Of a stretch of DNA of 64,000 nucleotides, positions 24,425-38,447 are shown piece by piece (position 1 is the stretch's first letter; the number at the start of each line of letters is the position of its first letter). A model generated the notes under the pieces. That model worked only from the letters and a program-made list of their open reading frames with translations. It was not told where the DNA came from and ran no database searches. Location of the stretch: assembly GCF_001194135.2 (NCBI RefSeq), contig NC_068987.1, positions 30,806,956-30,870,955 on the forward strand. The letters are read 5' to 3'. The position numbers were made by a program, and so were the translations under genes. Source of the DNA: Octopus bimaculoides (Eukaryota).

Positions 24425-27400
24425 TGTGTTTTCTTCAGTGATTTAAAGCTAAAAAAGACATTCAAAGAATAAAAATAATAATTAGAAACAATAAATAAAG
24501 GTTTTCTGAAGGTAATGTAAATATAAAAAAGTTTGTCCGCAAGTAATTGATAATCAAGTGGACTAATGATCTAAAGCAGGCCGCCATGATTATCATTTCT
24601 TTCATATCTAGAACCACAAAGTCAATGTGCTCTGTTTTTAAGATAATAGTGCTTTTAAGGAAGATTCTGTTGCTAATTCTAGTAGGCTGTGTGAGCATAT
24701 AGAGGCCTATCTCAAATGTTATTTTCTGACCTTCAGAATAAAAAAAAAAGAAGTTTTTCTATTAAAACACCAAACTACTAAATGTAAAATTATACTTACT
24801 CTTTGTTCATTCTGGGATATGCGAACTGATACAGTATGAGAAAATGATGGACAGAAAAAGGTCAAGAAGAAGATTTGTAGAGTATAAGACAAGACAATTA
24901 ATAAAGTATAGGAGAATGATAATGTTGATACAGTATGGGACAATAAGACAGTTACAAGAATATGGTCAAGAGTTTATTTCTTATTACTGCTACTTATACA
25001 AGGTCCATCAAATAATTAACTTCAAAGTGAAATAAGTGACCAAACTATCGATAGGGTGACCCTGATAGTTTTAATCAATAAATACTAAAACTATTGAGGT
25101 GAATTTGCTAATCTGAGATCGAGTTAAGAGAAGGCAAGGGAGATAATTCAAAGCATTTTTTTTTTTTTTATGGATTAACACGTTTCAAGGAATTAAATTT
25201 AGAAATAAATAATGGAGAAATAGAAGTCCCAGATATTTTTAGAGATGGTGACAAGTCCAGACATCTTTTATCCTGACTAAATTACCAGAAGGAAGTTATT
25301 CGTTCAGAGCTACAGGTAGCAGAATTGCCCAGCTAAGTAAAAATAGTGGTCATATAGGCATACACTTTATCTCCTTACACCCCTCCTTTTCCCTGACATA
25401 TGTTTCCCACAGTCAATCTTCCTAACACCCACTTCTCGCCACCCATGCTCAACAACCATTGTATTACCCCCACTCTTTCTCTCACATAGCAACCTGCACA
25501 CATGTCCCTGTTGAATCTCTTCCCCACAACATATCCTCCCAATAGCTCCTCCCTCTACCTGTGCCCATTCATTACACCCCTTTCCTCAATCTACCAATAT
25601 CCTTTTGCAATCTCGTGAACTCACCTACTCATCCTCTCCAATCCCCAAACTACTCACCATCATCTCCCCTCTCTCTCTCCCTCTCCTCACCTAAGGCAGC
25701 CATGTTTCCCCTCTAATGAAAGAATCCTTTTTCTGTCCCTTCTTACTATAACCCCCCCTCTCCACACACACACACACACACACACACATTGATTAAGGGG
25801 TTTTGTCTTGCAACCTACTTGGTGGCTTCACTAGTGCCAGTGCTATGTAAAAAGCATCCAGTAAAATCTGTAAAGTGGTTGGCATTAGGAAGGGCATCCA
25901 GCAGCAGAAACCATGCCATAGCAGACACAAAGGATTGGTGCATTCTTCTGACTTATCAATTACTGTGGAACTGTCCAACCCATGCCATAATGGAAAACGG
26001 ATGTTAAATGATGATTATCATCATCATAATTGATTCTGAATTGTAAACTCATCTTCTACGAGACTATCAATGATACAGAAAGAGATAGCAAATGGGTTAT
26101 TAGTGATATAAAAGTGGGTCTTAAGTCATTCTGGAAGTTGTCAATGTAGAATTTACCCTTTAACTGTGAGACTGAATTTCATGGTTATTCCAGTAATGTT
26201 AAATATCTACCAAAAAATTGGTGTTTTCTGCAAGTCACATTGCTTCAATAAACTTGACATATCTCAACAAAGACTAGTTTCAAGCATGATATTCCACAAA
26301 AGATAGATTGGTATATAAAATTGCTTTCCAAAGTTAAGAGTAATGAAATTTTGAGTGGATATATATGATTCCCACAGTATAAAGGAGAAATATAGTAATT
26401 ACAAAGAAGAAGAAAAAAAAGGAAAACAACTCCATATATTTTGTTGGTCAGTAGAAATATAGTATTTGTTATTACCTGGCTCTTATAGTAACTAGCTTAG
26501 ACTGATGTTCAGTCTAAAGAGAGATATTTGCTGTACATATGATTAATGCTTCAGAATTTAATTGGAGGAGACAAAGTAACCTCGAGTTGTAGACCCAACA
26601 GATTGGTGACATCAATTCAATTGATTATCAACTTGGTGCTCTAAGAAATACGAGGGCCAGATTTGCTAAAATGCTAACAGTTATGTTAGTATATGCTACT
26701 CTGTAACAATCTGAGAGAAGACTTCTAAGCCAAGAGACGTGAGAAAGATGGTCTCACAGAGAAGCAACTTAACCAAATTTCAATGCCAGAGACAGATGAA
26801 AGCTTTGCTAATGACAGAGGTAATGAGATAGCTTTCATTGAAAATCTCAGTGTTGTGAGATCTACAATGTGTGATCAGGTCGCTGGTAGACTTAATTCTA
26901 TGGAAACAGTTTATGTGGTGGGCACAAGAGAGAAAAATAGGTTGAAAGAGTTATATCCCTTGGCAGTTGACAGCGTCTTAAATTGGGACGAATATACAGG
27001 ATAATGATTATATATATATATAATTCTCGAAACCACTTAAGAGGTGTGAAGAAAGACAAATGAGACTGAATATCAGTCGCACCTCTTGTTGGCGTAACAG
27101 AAGTATGCATGCGCACACGCACACATAAGCACGCGTATCTCGACTTTCCTGATAACTTTCTGAAAGAAATGCATATCTTAATGAAATTTTGCAGAGATAC
27201 ATTTCGAGGGTATAGTTTACGATTATATTAATAATACTCAGCTAGCAGAATCGCTACCACGTCGGACAAAAAGTTGAGCAGCAATTCTTCAGGCACTTAG
27301 TTCAAATTCCGCTGAAGTCGACTTTGCCTTTCACCCCTTTGAGATCGATAAAATAAGTATCAGCTGAGCATTGGGGTCGATGTAATTGACTACCACCCTC

Positions 27401-28599
27401 CTCTAAAACTTCAGGGCTCGTATTTACAGCAGAAATGATAATTACTTTTTGAAGTAGTTTTGGATCATTCCCCCTGCAATCCTGACTTTGCTTTTCCAAA
27501 CTATTTTTAAAATATGGTTCAAATGTACAAAAAACAAAAGAGAAAATTAAAAAAAAAACCTGTTGGGATTAACGGTAAACATTTTAAAAACTATTTTTAA
27601 AATACATATTCCAGCGGGTAGATTACGCAAAGCTGAGGTTTTAAATTTATAGAGGTAAACCCCACCCCTGCAAATGCTGAAGTTACGGTGATAAGTCGGG
27701 GACTAGGTGTGGAGGAAAAAAACCAAATGATATGAAACTCCCAACAAATTTTTTTCTTCTAAATTCTAACAATATAATTGTAATCTACATCTTCGGAAAC
27801 GTAAATCTGCGAAATTCCGTGAAAAAAATATAGTTTTCAGAAAAGTTATGAAGGAACAAATTTAGAGCGGAACACCAACATGTAGTTATATGTCCAATGG
27901 TTCATCAGCTTTTTCTAAAGTTTATATCGTAAACACTAGAAACTGTTAATAGAAACACACGCACACAGACACATATCAATTACTTGTCTCAAAATATGTA
28001 ATATACAATTAATCTTATTTACAATTTGATATATCAATACATCGTCTTAACCAAGAACAGGTAAATGAAGTAACAAGAATGGCATAACTACAGGGTTTTA
28101 CCCCCCCCCCCCCCCAGACTTTGGGAGGTCATAACTTTCAGAAAAATGAATATTTTTTAATGAAATTTTCTATGAAAATGCCACAAGAATAATTACATAC
28201 ATTTATCAAATGTGTGTGTACACTAGTCAGCAAGTGCCTCATCTAAGTCGAATGATCTACTAGATGTAGCAGCGAAATTTCTTCTTAACCGCAAATTATT
28301 GTGGTAGATAAAGAAAAAGGACATTCAAGAAACGCTCACAAAACAAAGAGGATGTAAGTGTTCGTTTGACCATCCACTCAGTCCGGTCTGAATAAAGTCC
28401 ATGTTTATGAAGAGCATAACTTGAATAAAGAAATAATGGGACGACATTAACTGGAATTATAAGAAAATATATATTAAGTATTTACTTCACCTAAAGCCTT
28501 TAGTTTTGTTTTTTTTAACTTTGTCCGTAGAATACACCATGTACGCAATAAAACTTGCAAATACTAGAACTTTGGTATGTATATATATATATATATGTT

Positions 28600-28765
28600 C
28601 AGTAATGTTGTTTTGACAACGGTATCCAACGGAATAATTAACCCAGCCTCGTTCTGATAATCTACGTCGACTTCCGTTTATGACTTCCTCTGTGAAATCC
28701 GTGTTTCTCCTGTTTCCGCCTTTAATTAATTAATCTAACTCTGTTTACTTTTTAGCAAAAATGGC
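28600..28765. promoter_or_regulatory. Probable bidirectional promoter IFT81/SPCS2 with X-box-like and ETS motifs
   Basis: Locally CpG-richer. GTTGTTTTGACAAC (28607-28620) resembles an RFX X-box; ACTTCCG (28670-28676) and ACTTCC (28683-28688) are ETS cores; AAAATGGC is YY1-like at the SPCS2 ATG. Confidence 0.5.
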
Positions 28766-28793
28766 TAATAGTAACAAAGGTAAAAAGAGTGCA
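28761..28793 (+). CDS. SPCS2: SPCS2 coding exon 1 (MANSNKGKKSA)
   Basis: AAAATGG start context, GTGAGT donor, phase 0 compatible with the next exon. Preceded by ctaac...tttttag, so possibly an internal exon after a 5'UTR intron. Confidence 0.75.
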
Positions 28794-31090
28794 GTGAGTA
28801 TAATTTATTTATATTACAAGCAGCTGGTTATTTAAGCAATCTTCAAATTACCCTTCCATATGTAGCGCTCCATCTGATGTTTATCGTTTCGTTCACACCG
28901 AACCAGATCTGACCAAACCGATATGTAATTTAAAGTATTCCAGCTGTATCCGTCCCGTCACCTCGTATATGTACGACTCTGTTTTGCAGTAGTTTCCTTC
29001 TATCTCAAAATGAAATGAGAATTATTTGAACGAAGTGTGGTTTCTATTTCCAACACGTCAAACTCTGTTCTCTTCTACGTATATTTACACATCTTAAAAT
29101 ACAACGTTCACTCACATATATATATATACACATGCAGAAATATGTATGTTGTTTTTCATGCATCTACGCGCTTATCGGAATGAATTATCAGCTTCAAATA
29201 TATTTTAATCGCCTGAATACATCGTTGCTTATACCTATTGCCACTCGCCAAATGATCTCAAAAATTGTTAATAATTTATTGGCATTTCGTTCGTTTTTAC
29301 ATTGCTGAAGTTCACTTTGCCTTTCTTCCTTTCGGGGCCGATAAATTAAGTATCCGTTGAGCCCTACCGTTTATGTAATCGACTCTCCCCGGAACTTGCT
29401 GGCACTTTTTGATGGAAAAAATTTATGGGGGGGGGGGNNNNNNNNNNNNNNNNNNNNNNNNNNNNNNNNNNNNNNNNNNNNNNNNNNNNNNNNNNNNNNN
29501 NNNNNNNNNNNNNNNNNNNNNNNNNNNNNNNNNNNNNNNNNNNNNNNNNNNNNNNNNNNNNNNNNNNNNNNNNNNNNNNNNNNNNNNNNNNNNNNNNNNN
29601 NNNNNNNNNNNNNNNNNNNNNNNNNNNNNNNNNNNNNNNNNNNNNNNNNNNNNNNNNNNNNNNNNNNNNNNNNNNNNNNNNNNNNNNNNNNNNNNNNNNN
29701 NNNNNNNNNNNNNNNNNNNNNNNNNNNNNNNNNNNNNNNNNNNNNNNNNNNNNNNNNNNNNNNNNNNNNNNNNNNNNNNNNNNNNNNNNNNNNNNNNNNN
29801 NNNNNNNNNNNNNNNNNNNNNNNNNNNNNNNNNNNNNNNNNNNNNNNNNNNNNNNNNNNNNNNNNNNNNNNNNNNNNNNNNNNNNNNNNNNNNNNNNNNN
29901 NNNNNNNNNNNNNNNNNNNNNNNNNNNNNNNNNNNNNNNNNNNNNNNNNNNNNNNNNNNNNNNNNNNNNNNNNNNNNNNNNNNNNNNNNNNNNNNNNNNN
30001 NNNNNNNNNNNNNNNNNNNNNNNNNNNNNNNNNNNNNNNNNNNNNNNNNNNNNNNNNNNNNNNNNNNNNNNNNNNNNNNNNNNNNNNNNNNNNNNNNNNN
30101 NNNNNNNNNNNNNNNNNNNNNGAGGGTAAGGTGAAAAAAAAAATTAAATTTCCAAAATTTCTTTTCATAGAGCGATGCTCCCCATTATTGCGAAGACCAT
30201 GGTACAAAAAGGGAAATTCCCCGTCAAAACAGAAATTCCAACTTATTTGGGCATCCTGATCTGAAACTGCCCAATATTCTTAAAGAAAATAAATACTATA
30301 TATTCTTTTCTACTCTAGGCACAAGGCCCGACATTTTTGGGGAGGGAGCCAGTCAATTAGATGGACCCCAGTATGCAACTAGTACTTAATTTATCAACCC
30401 TGAAAGGATGAAAGGTAAAGTCGACCTTTACTGAATTTGAACTCAGAACAAAGACAGACAAAATACTGCAAAACATTTTGCCTGGTGTGCTAACGTTTCT
30501 GCCAGCTTGCTGCTTTGGTAAATAAATACTGTATATTGATTGCAATGTACAAATAATGAAGGTCATTTTTTTATGTTTTACAATATTACTTTACTGTCAT
30601 ATGCAAATTACTTAGTGTTGTTTTTATTCATTAAAGTTTGTGGAATTAGGTCAACTATCATAAACACATACACATACGCAAGCACGCACGTCCATTTCAT
30701 ATATCTTCTTTCAATTTCTGCTTTCTGCAAATAAAATTTTTACAGATACAACTGCTTACGAAAATAGGGATTAATGTATAATTTCTTTCTATGTTCATAA
30801 TTATATCAATGTTTTAATGATTAGACAGAGGTCCAATAGAATAGCTCTCAGAAACAGACTACATACAAATTCGTTCTTCACAACTCCTGAAGCTGTTTTC
30901 TGACAAGGAGTGGAGGTGGAGTCAGGAAATTTTCAAACAGCTGGAGGCTCCATTCAAAACAGGGGACCCAAAATGATAAGGTTGAGAAACGCTATAATAG
31001 ATTATGCCTAACCAAAAACAATCACAGCCACATCATCCAAGCAGACCAGGTGAAACCGGGCTTAGCTGCTAGTATATATATATATATATG

Positions 31091-31285
31091 TGAGGGGGTG
31101 ATGAAAAGTTCCTGGTTTTAAGGATATCATGAAAGGCTTGGTTGGAGGCCCAACCTTCCGACTTCTTTTACAGGGCTTTGAAAAACTGAAGGACTGCGAC
31201 AATAAGTGAGTGAATCTGAGTGGGGAATTAACTGATCCTGCTGTATTTTCTTTTACCCAAAGCCAGGAACTTTCAGCCTCCCCTG
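31091..31285. mobile_element. ~195-bp mariner-type MITE (partial second copy at ~5975-6104)
   Basis: TIRs gagggggtgatgaaaagttcctgg / ccaggaactttcagcctcccctg followed by TA; the internal sequence is shared with 5975-6104 in reverse. Confidence 0.75.
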
Positions 31286-32682
31286 TATGTATGTGCGTAC
31301 GTGCATACACACACACATATATATTATTCTTATACAAGAATGATATTGATATTGACTTCAAAGCTTCAGCCAGCTAAGCTAGCATCCGAAAATGGGTTAA
31401 CTGGGTGAATCTTTGAAGTCACTGTCAACAACATTCTTTTATAAGGATAATAAATTTGTACTGTATAAAAGTATAGAGTAACCCATGAGACTAATGTAAA
31501 CTTGTTTTTATTATAACCGAACATAGACACACACACACACATGGAGGTGATGTGTAGGTATTATATATTAGAAAAAATAATAAGGTATTCAGAGATCCAG
31601 ATAGTTGTACATTTATAGATTTTTATTAATATGTCACATGTTTTTATAAATCATATATTAGCGCTTGCATCTGTTCTAATAGATTCTTCAAATTTAATTT
31701 TTTTTGTAGGGAATTGTCACTTTTTATAGTATTATTGAGTGTGNNNNNNNNNNNNNNNNNNNNNNNNNNNNNNNNNNNNNNNNNNNNNNNNNNNNNNNNN
31801 NNNNNNNNNNNNNNNNNNNNNNNNNNNNNNNNNNNNNNNNNNNNNNNNNNNNNNNNNNNNGGGGGGGGGGGGAGAAAAAAGTAATGTGGGGTGTACAGGA
31901 TAGTAAAAGTTTTGGCTGACTGTCATCCTGTACTCCCCTTGTTGTTAGCAAAATGGTATAAGCCAGCAGTGTGAGCAATTGGTTGTTTTAATGGTGGAAC
32001 AAACAGGGGAATTCCATTAGTAAAAAGTTTTAATCGATTTTCTCGGTAAGTATGGGGGCTAGGGAAAAATACAAGCCACATTCCAATCTATGTACCCTTC
32101 TCCACATGTGTGCCATTTTTCACGCAAATCCACTCAGCCGTTTGGCTGTGAACCTCAAGACAAGAAAGAATACAACGATCGCCCATGTCCAATTTATATT
32201 ATAGATATATATACACACACAAAACTGACCTTGCTTGTGCTTGTGCCTCGTAAAAAGCACTCAGTTCACTCTGCTGGATGGTTGGAGTTAGGAAGGGCAT
32301 CCAGTCACAAAAACCCTGCCAAAACAGAGTCTGGTGCAAGCTCCTGTCAAGCCGTCCAACCCCATGCCAGCATGGAAGGCAAACATTAAACAAAGATGAT
32401 GATATACATACACACACACAATGGGCTTCTTTCAGTTTCTGTCTACCAAACTCACGAGATTTTAGTCAGCCCAGGATTACAGTAGAAGATACTTGCCCAA
32501 AGTACCACATTGTAAAGCTTACAACACAGTCATTTATGCACCTTTCATATCAATGCCATCAAAAGTACCTGGCTATCAAAACATCACTAAAAAATAGCAA
32601 ACTATAAACTTTGAATTTCTAGATTTACAAAAAAAAAACATTATATGTGAAAAATCTATTCAATCTTTTTGTCTATTTTTAG

Positions 32683-32766
32683 TGGTCGATTGAAGATAAA
32701 CCTGTGAAAGTAGATAAATGGGATGGTACAGCTTTAAAGAATTCTCTGGATGATGCTGCAAAAAAG
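32683..32766 (+). CDS. SPCS2: SPCS2 coding exon 2, 84 nt
   Basis: WSIEDKPVKVDKWDGTALKNSLDDAAKK, matching the SPC25/SPCS2 motif KPVKIDKWDGSAVKNSLDD; tttttag acceptor and GTATGT donor. Confidence 0.95.
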
Positions 32767-35382
32767 GTATGTTTTGTGTGCTGCTCTTCTTATTTTATCT
32801 GTTTTTTAAAAAAATTTCTGTGCTGGTGGCACGTAAAAAGCACCCTTCAAATGTTGGGCCTCACACAGGCAATGATAAGTGACGGAAATCTTTGGTGATG
32901 TGCCGTGTTTGAGAAGACCCGTCAAACCAAGTGAAATTGTAGTTGTGGCTGATGCTGATGTCACGTAACTGGCACCCACGCCAGTGGCATGTAAAAAGCA
33001 CCCATTACACTCTTTGGAGTGGTTGGCATGAGGAAGGGCATCCAGCCATAGGAACCATGCCAAATCAAATTGGAACCTGGTGCAGCCTTCCAGCTTACCA
33101 GTTTCAGTCAAACTGTCATTTAGCAGATGCTAAATGATGATGAGTTAGTGGAGGAAATGCTGTGTCCATGACTTGTGTCAGTGGTAGAAAGTTACCCCTG
33201 AATAAGAGGCCAGACCCCTATGACTACACTGGAGTGAATTTCTTAATAGGTATTCAAGGGTGACATTGGAATATTAACCCTTTTGTATTCTGATTCTATC
33301 AAATGCAATGCTTACTCATTCACATTATTTTAAATTAATCATGCATTATCTCAAAGCTTCAAGATTACACTGATGTGATTATTTTTAGAATAACATTGTA
33401 GGGTAGGTGGTAGAATATTTGTGCCGAACATGGCAGGTTCAAATGTGAAAAAGGATTAAACTGGGCTATGGATTAAGTCCACCGCATGAAAATTTTTACA
33501 GTTTATTGGATGGGCTTCCACACAGTTTCCATTTACAAAATTTTATTTGTAAAGCTTTGGTCAACCCAAGCTTATCATTTGCTCAAATTGCTCTGCAATG
33601 AGATTGAACCTGGATCTACATGGTTGATCATCCCACTACCCACTACTTTTTGACTTATTCCTCTTCCAGTGCTGCTCCTATATCTCTAATTGTATCCCTC
33701 TCCATGCTGCTATTTCCCTTCAACTGCACCTTAACCCTTGTTTATTACTCACTATATTCACCTCTACTCCCATCTTGAACCATCCGTTACCCTCTCCTCA
33801 CCCTCTTATGGAAATATCCTCCCTCTCATCCCCTCACATGACCCACTGTCTGTTCTCACTTACGCTCACCCTTATGTACCTTGAATGTTGACTTTAGCAC
33901 ACCACTACTTTATCTCCTTTAACCATGTTTCTCCTCTACAGCAAGGCACCTATGCTTGTCCCTTCATCATACTTTAGTCTTTCAACACTAGGCATAATGT
34001 TACCTACCTCCACCTTCCCTTCTCAAATACTCCTGTTTTTTAGTAGTGGGAGTTTTTTTCTTTTTCCCTGTTATTTTTCTGTCTTGAAAGTTTAAACGGC
34101 AACCTCACTAGTTCTGGTAGCATGAAAAAAGCACCTAGTACACTCTGTAAAGTGGTTGGCATTTAGGAAGGGCATTGAGCTATAGAAACCACGCCAAAGC
34201 CGATACTGAAGCTTGACATGGTTTTGCAGCTTGCTGGATCTTGTAAAACCGTCCAACTCATGCCCGCATGGAAAATGGACAATAATTGACGATGGTGAAA
34301 ACAGCTATACCTGCTTGCCTTTCATACTTTGAAGAACTTGAAGTAACAACAAAGGAAAAAATGCTTACAAAAATAGGAATGGTAACTTAGAGGCCACATT
34401 GTTTAATCATTTTTTGTTTAAGAGTGTTGTAGTTCATTTGAAGCATTGTAGTGCAGGAGTAAGTGTTTAACAATGCAGAAAATTTTACAAAAAACTTTTA
34501 TAGTCTTATACTTCAGGTGCAAAGACCTATCGTTAGAAGGAAGCAGTCCAAGTAATGTGTATAACAAAATTGATTTCATTTTATCTTATTTTATCTTAAA
34601 TTGCAGTTTAAAATATAAAATCGATGTAAATACACATTTCTTGAACTACTTCCTTTGTAACTAAGATATAAAGGGTTTCTTTTTTGTAAAACTTTCTACA
34701 TTAGCTTTTATTTTCCTTTTTTTTTTTCATTTTCTATTTCTTGTTTATTAATTTTAAAATGTTTTAGGAAAATTATATCACCTTTTGCAAGTCTCTATCA
34801 TAATCATGTGAAACATACACTCTTTTACCTGTTTCAGTCATTTGACTGCAGCCATGCTGGAGCACCGCCTTTAGTTGAGCAAATCGACCCCAGGACTTAG
34901 TCATTGTAAGCCTCGTACTTATTCTATCGGACTCTTTTGCCGAACCGCTAAGTTACGGAGACGTAAACACACCAGCATCAGTTGTCAAGCGATGTTGGTG
35001 GGGACAAACACAGACACCCAAACACGCACATATATATATATATACATATACATATATACGACGGGCTTCTTTCAGTTTCCGTCTACCAAATCCACTCACA
35101 AGGCTTTGGTCGCCCTGAAGCTATAGTAGAAGACACTTGCCCAAGGTGCCACGCAGTGGGAATGAACCCGGAACCATGTGGTTGGTAAGCAAGCCACTTA
35201 CCACACAGCCACAGAAATTTTGAAAATTACAATAATACTAATTTATAAATAAAATATAACTTTTTAAAGGTATTGTATTGCTACTTTTGTGTATCTTTCT
35301 TCATTTTCAGCATGTCTGATGTGTATTCATAAATACATAGTCATTTTTGTTTCTTTTCTTTTTTTTTTTCTTATTATTCTAG

Positions 35383-35543
35383 GTTCTTGTTGAGAAAATG
35401 GGATTTGTTGAAAGCCACAAGTTGATGGATGGACGTCTAGCTATCTGTACAGTTGCAGTCGGATTTGCAATGTTTGCACTCATTTGGGATTATTTGAAAC
35501 CCTTCCCTAACTCTCGGCCAGTTCTCATTGTCTGTGTTCTATC
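35383..35543 (+). CDS. SPCS2: SPCS2 coding exon 3, 161 nt
   Basis: VLVEKMGFVESHKLMDGRLAICTVAVGFAMFALIWDYLKPFPNSRPVLIVCVLS; ends at the U12-type donor GTATCCTTT. Confidence 0.95.
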
Positions 35544-36876
35544 GTATCCTTTACTACAAAGTGGTCTTTATCTCCACACTTACACGTAAATGCAGTGACA
35601 AACAGACATGCACACATATGTAGAGGAACATGTGGAAGGGATAGTCTTAGAAAGATGTGGGATGAAGTGGTGGGAAAAGATCTATGAATTTTGGGTCTCA
35701 CAGAGAAGATGACAGGGGGCTGAGACTCCTGGCGGTTTACTGTGCTTGGAAAGAATGACCAAGCTAAGTAAAAGTCTGGTTACCCTTGTGTCCAGGTTCG
35801 TCCTTTGCAATTCTCTCCAGTTGAGTATCCCTAATCTTGCGAGCTTGTAAGTGCTGGTGCCACATAAAATGCACCCATGCTGGTGCTGTGTAAAAGCATC
35901 CAGTACACTCTGTAAAATGGTTGGTGTTAGGAAGGGCATCCAGCCGTAGAAACCATGCCGAAACAGACATGGAGCCTGGACAGCCCTTCAGTTGGTCAGC
36001 ATCTGTCAAACTATCCAACACATGCCAGCATGGAAAAATGGACATTAACCGATGATGGTGATATATACATATATATATAACGTGAGAGAGTTAGGGGTTG
36101 GAGGTACAACCCACTAAGGGATAGTATCTATCCAGTATACTGCTGGGAGGGTACCCAATTATTGCTACACTAGTGCTATATACTAGGTGCAATCAATGGG
36201 AGCGGGTAAAAGTGGAGGTTTTACCCAAAATTTGTGTAGCAATTAGAAAATGGAGGATAATATGCTGAACCCAACTACTTGCAGACGGTGTATCCCGTTG
36301 AATTCATTAATTTAATTCATAGCAAAAGTGACAAAAGAGAGGAAGAAAAGAAAAAGAAAAAAAGAACCAAAGCACAGGTGTCCCTGGCAGACTATGTTAT
36401 TTTGCCAACATGGTTTACATATAGAAGTACAAAGTACATAAGGAATNNNNNNNNNNNNNNNNNNNNNNNNNNNNNNNNNNNNNNNNNNNNNNNNNNNNNN
36501 NNNNNNNNNNNNNNNNNNNNNNNNNNNNNNNNNNNNNNNNNNNNNNNNNNNNNNNNNNNNNNNNNNNNNNNNNNNNNNNNNNNNNNNNNNNNNNNNNNNN
36601 NNNNNNNNNNNNNNNNNNNNNNNNNNNNNNNNNNNNNNNNNNNNNNNNNNNNNNNNNNNNNNNNNNNNNNNNNNNNNNNNNNNNNNNNNNNNNNNNNNNN
36701 NNNNNNNNNNNNNNNNNNNNNNNNNNNNNNNNNNNNNNNNNNNNNNNNNNNNNNNNNNNNNNNNNNNNNNNNNNNNNNNNNNNNNNNNNNNNNNNNNNNN
36801 NNNNNNNNNNNNNNNNNNNNNNNNNNNNNNNNNNNNNNNNNNNNNNNNNNNNNNNNNNNNNNNNNNNNNNNNNNNN

Positions 36877-37863
36877 GTAAATATGGAGGGTGGGGTAACA
36901 CATCCCAGCCGAGCTGCAGCAATTTTTGTCTGGTTCCCAAATAAACATGCGGTCTTGCATTATCATGTTGGAAAACAACACCCTTCCAGTTAGCCAATTC
37001 TGGACGTTTCTCTTCAATTGCTGCTTTTAACTCGTCCAGTTGTGTGCAGTATTTTTCAGAATTAATTGTCTGGTTACTTGGGAGAAGCTCATAGTACAGA
37101 ATTCTTTTCCAATCCCACCAGACACAAAGCAAGACTTTTTTAGAGTGAAGACCTACTTTTGGGGTGGCTCATGTCGCTTACTCCAGGATCTCTTTCTCTG
37201 AACATTTCGGTAGATAATCCATTTCTCATCACCTGTCACAATTTGCTTTGAAAAAGACATTTTCATTCCGTTTATAAAGCGAATCACAGATAGAAATGCG
37301 ATCCAAAAGGTTCTTCTCACTCAACTCATGTGGTACCCAAACATCGTAGCAATTTGTGTATCCAAGCTTTACCAGATGCTCATGAACGATGGATTTTGAT
37401 AGGTTGAGGCTTTCTGCCAATTCTCGGGTTGTGCAATGTGGGTTATTCTCAATTAATGACTTGATTAAGTCATCGTCTGTAGTGGATGGTCTGCCTGATC
37501 ACTTTTTATCAATAAGGCTACAATCTCCAGCTCGGACCCTTGTGAACCACTTCCGTACAGTTTTTTCAGATAAAGAAACATCACCGTAAACTGCACATAT
37601 TTCTTTGGCTGCTTGTGAGGCATTTTTTCCTTTATGGAAAAAGAAAAGCATCAAATGGCGGAAATGAACTTTCTTATCTTCCATTTTAAAAGGTTACAGA
37701 ATTAACACAGGTTGTAGGAACATAAACCTTCCACGAAAAGATAGCTTAAACTGTGCTCTGAATGGAGGTGTAGTCAAATCCTATTTTATGAACTCAACCA
37801 TGTTCTAAAATAAGTCGAAAGGTAAGCCACTATAAATTGGTACGCACTTTCCAGACAACCAAA
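36877..37863 (-). mobile_element. Decayed mariner (DD34D) element, 3' part in an N-gap
   Basis: MEDKKVHFRHLMLFFF.KGKNASQAAKEIC, WVPHEL, MLCVWWDWK, FQHDNARPH and WDVLPHPPY motifs; TIR-like end at 37863 followed by TA. Confidence 0.9.
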
Positions 37864-37873
37864 TATATATATA

Positions 37874-38307
37874 TGACCGAGACCTTTGGAAATGTGCTGT
37901 GCGTGAGAAGACCCGGCAAGCCAAGTAAGATCGTTGCCAGTGCCCCTGGACTGGCTCTTGTGCGGGTGGCACATGAGATGCACCATTTTGAGCGTGGCCG
38001 TTGCCAGTACCGCCTGACTGGCTCCCGTAGGATTTTCGAGTGAGATCGTTGCCAGTGCCCCTGGACTGGCTTGTGCGGGTGGCACATAAAAGACACCATT
38101 TCGAGCGTGGCCGTTTTCGTGCGGGTGACACGTAAAAGCACCCACTACACTCTCTGAGTGGTTGGCGTTAAGAAGGGCATCCAGCTGTAGAAACTCTGCC
38201 AAATTAGATTGGAGCCTGGTGTTGCCATCCGGTTTCACCAGTCCTCAGTCAAATCGTCCAACCCATGCTAGCATGGAAAGCGGACGTTAAACGATGATGA
38301 TGATGAT
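37874..38307 (+). mobile_element. RTE LINE 3' end
   Basis: Near-identical to the 3'UTR of the 49-kb copy; two to three GCCAGT..CTGACTGGC subrepeats; (GAT)n tail. Confidence 0.9.
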
Positions 38308-38396
38308 ATATAAACAATTGCAGCGTGGAAGGTGTTTATAAGCCATTTAAAATAACACACAAAAGCCGTCAGATTCACTTCAACATTTAAATTTAA

Positions 38397-38447
38397 TTTG
38401 TCAAAATATTTTCGTCGCTTTGAGATCGCGACCTGATCACTGACAAA
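38397..38447 (-). ncRNA. Variant minimal hammerhead-like motif (G3:C8 core)
   Basis: Minus strand: TTTGTCA GTGATCA G GTCGC-gatctcaaa-GCGAC GAAA A ta T TT / TGACAAA. 7-bp stem I, 5-bp stem II, palindromic AATATT at stem III. Confidence 0.6.

Noticed and set aside
24462-24698. AT-rich ORF that looked mitochondrial (possible NUMT)
   Set aside because: No mitochondrial protein was recognised; it more resembles a very decayed LINE RT fragment, too weak to call.
33920-33980. TGATGA..GGGAC..(GAAAC)AGGTG motif in the composite repeat family
   Set aside because: No complementary stem II and no intact CUGA box in any copy examined.
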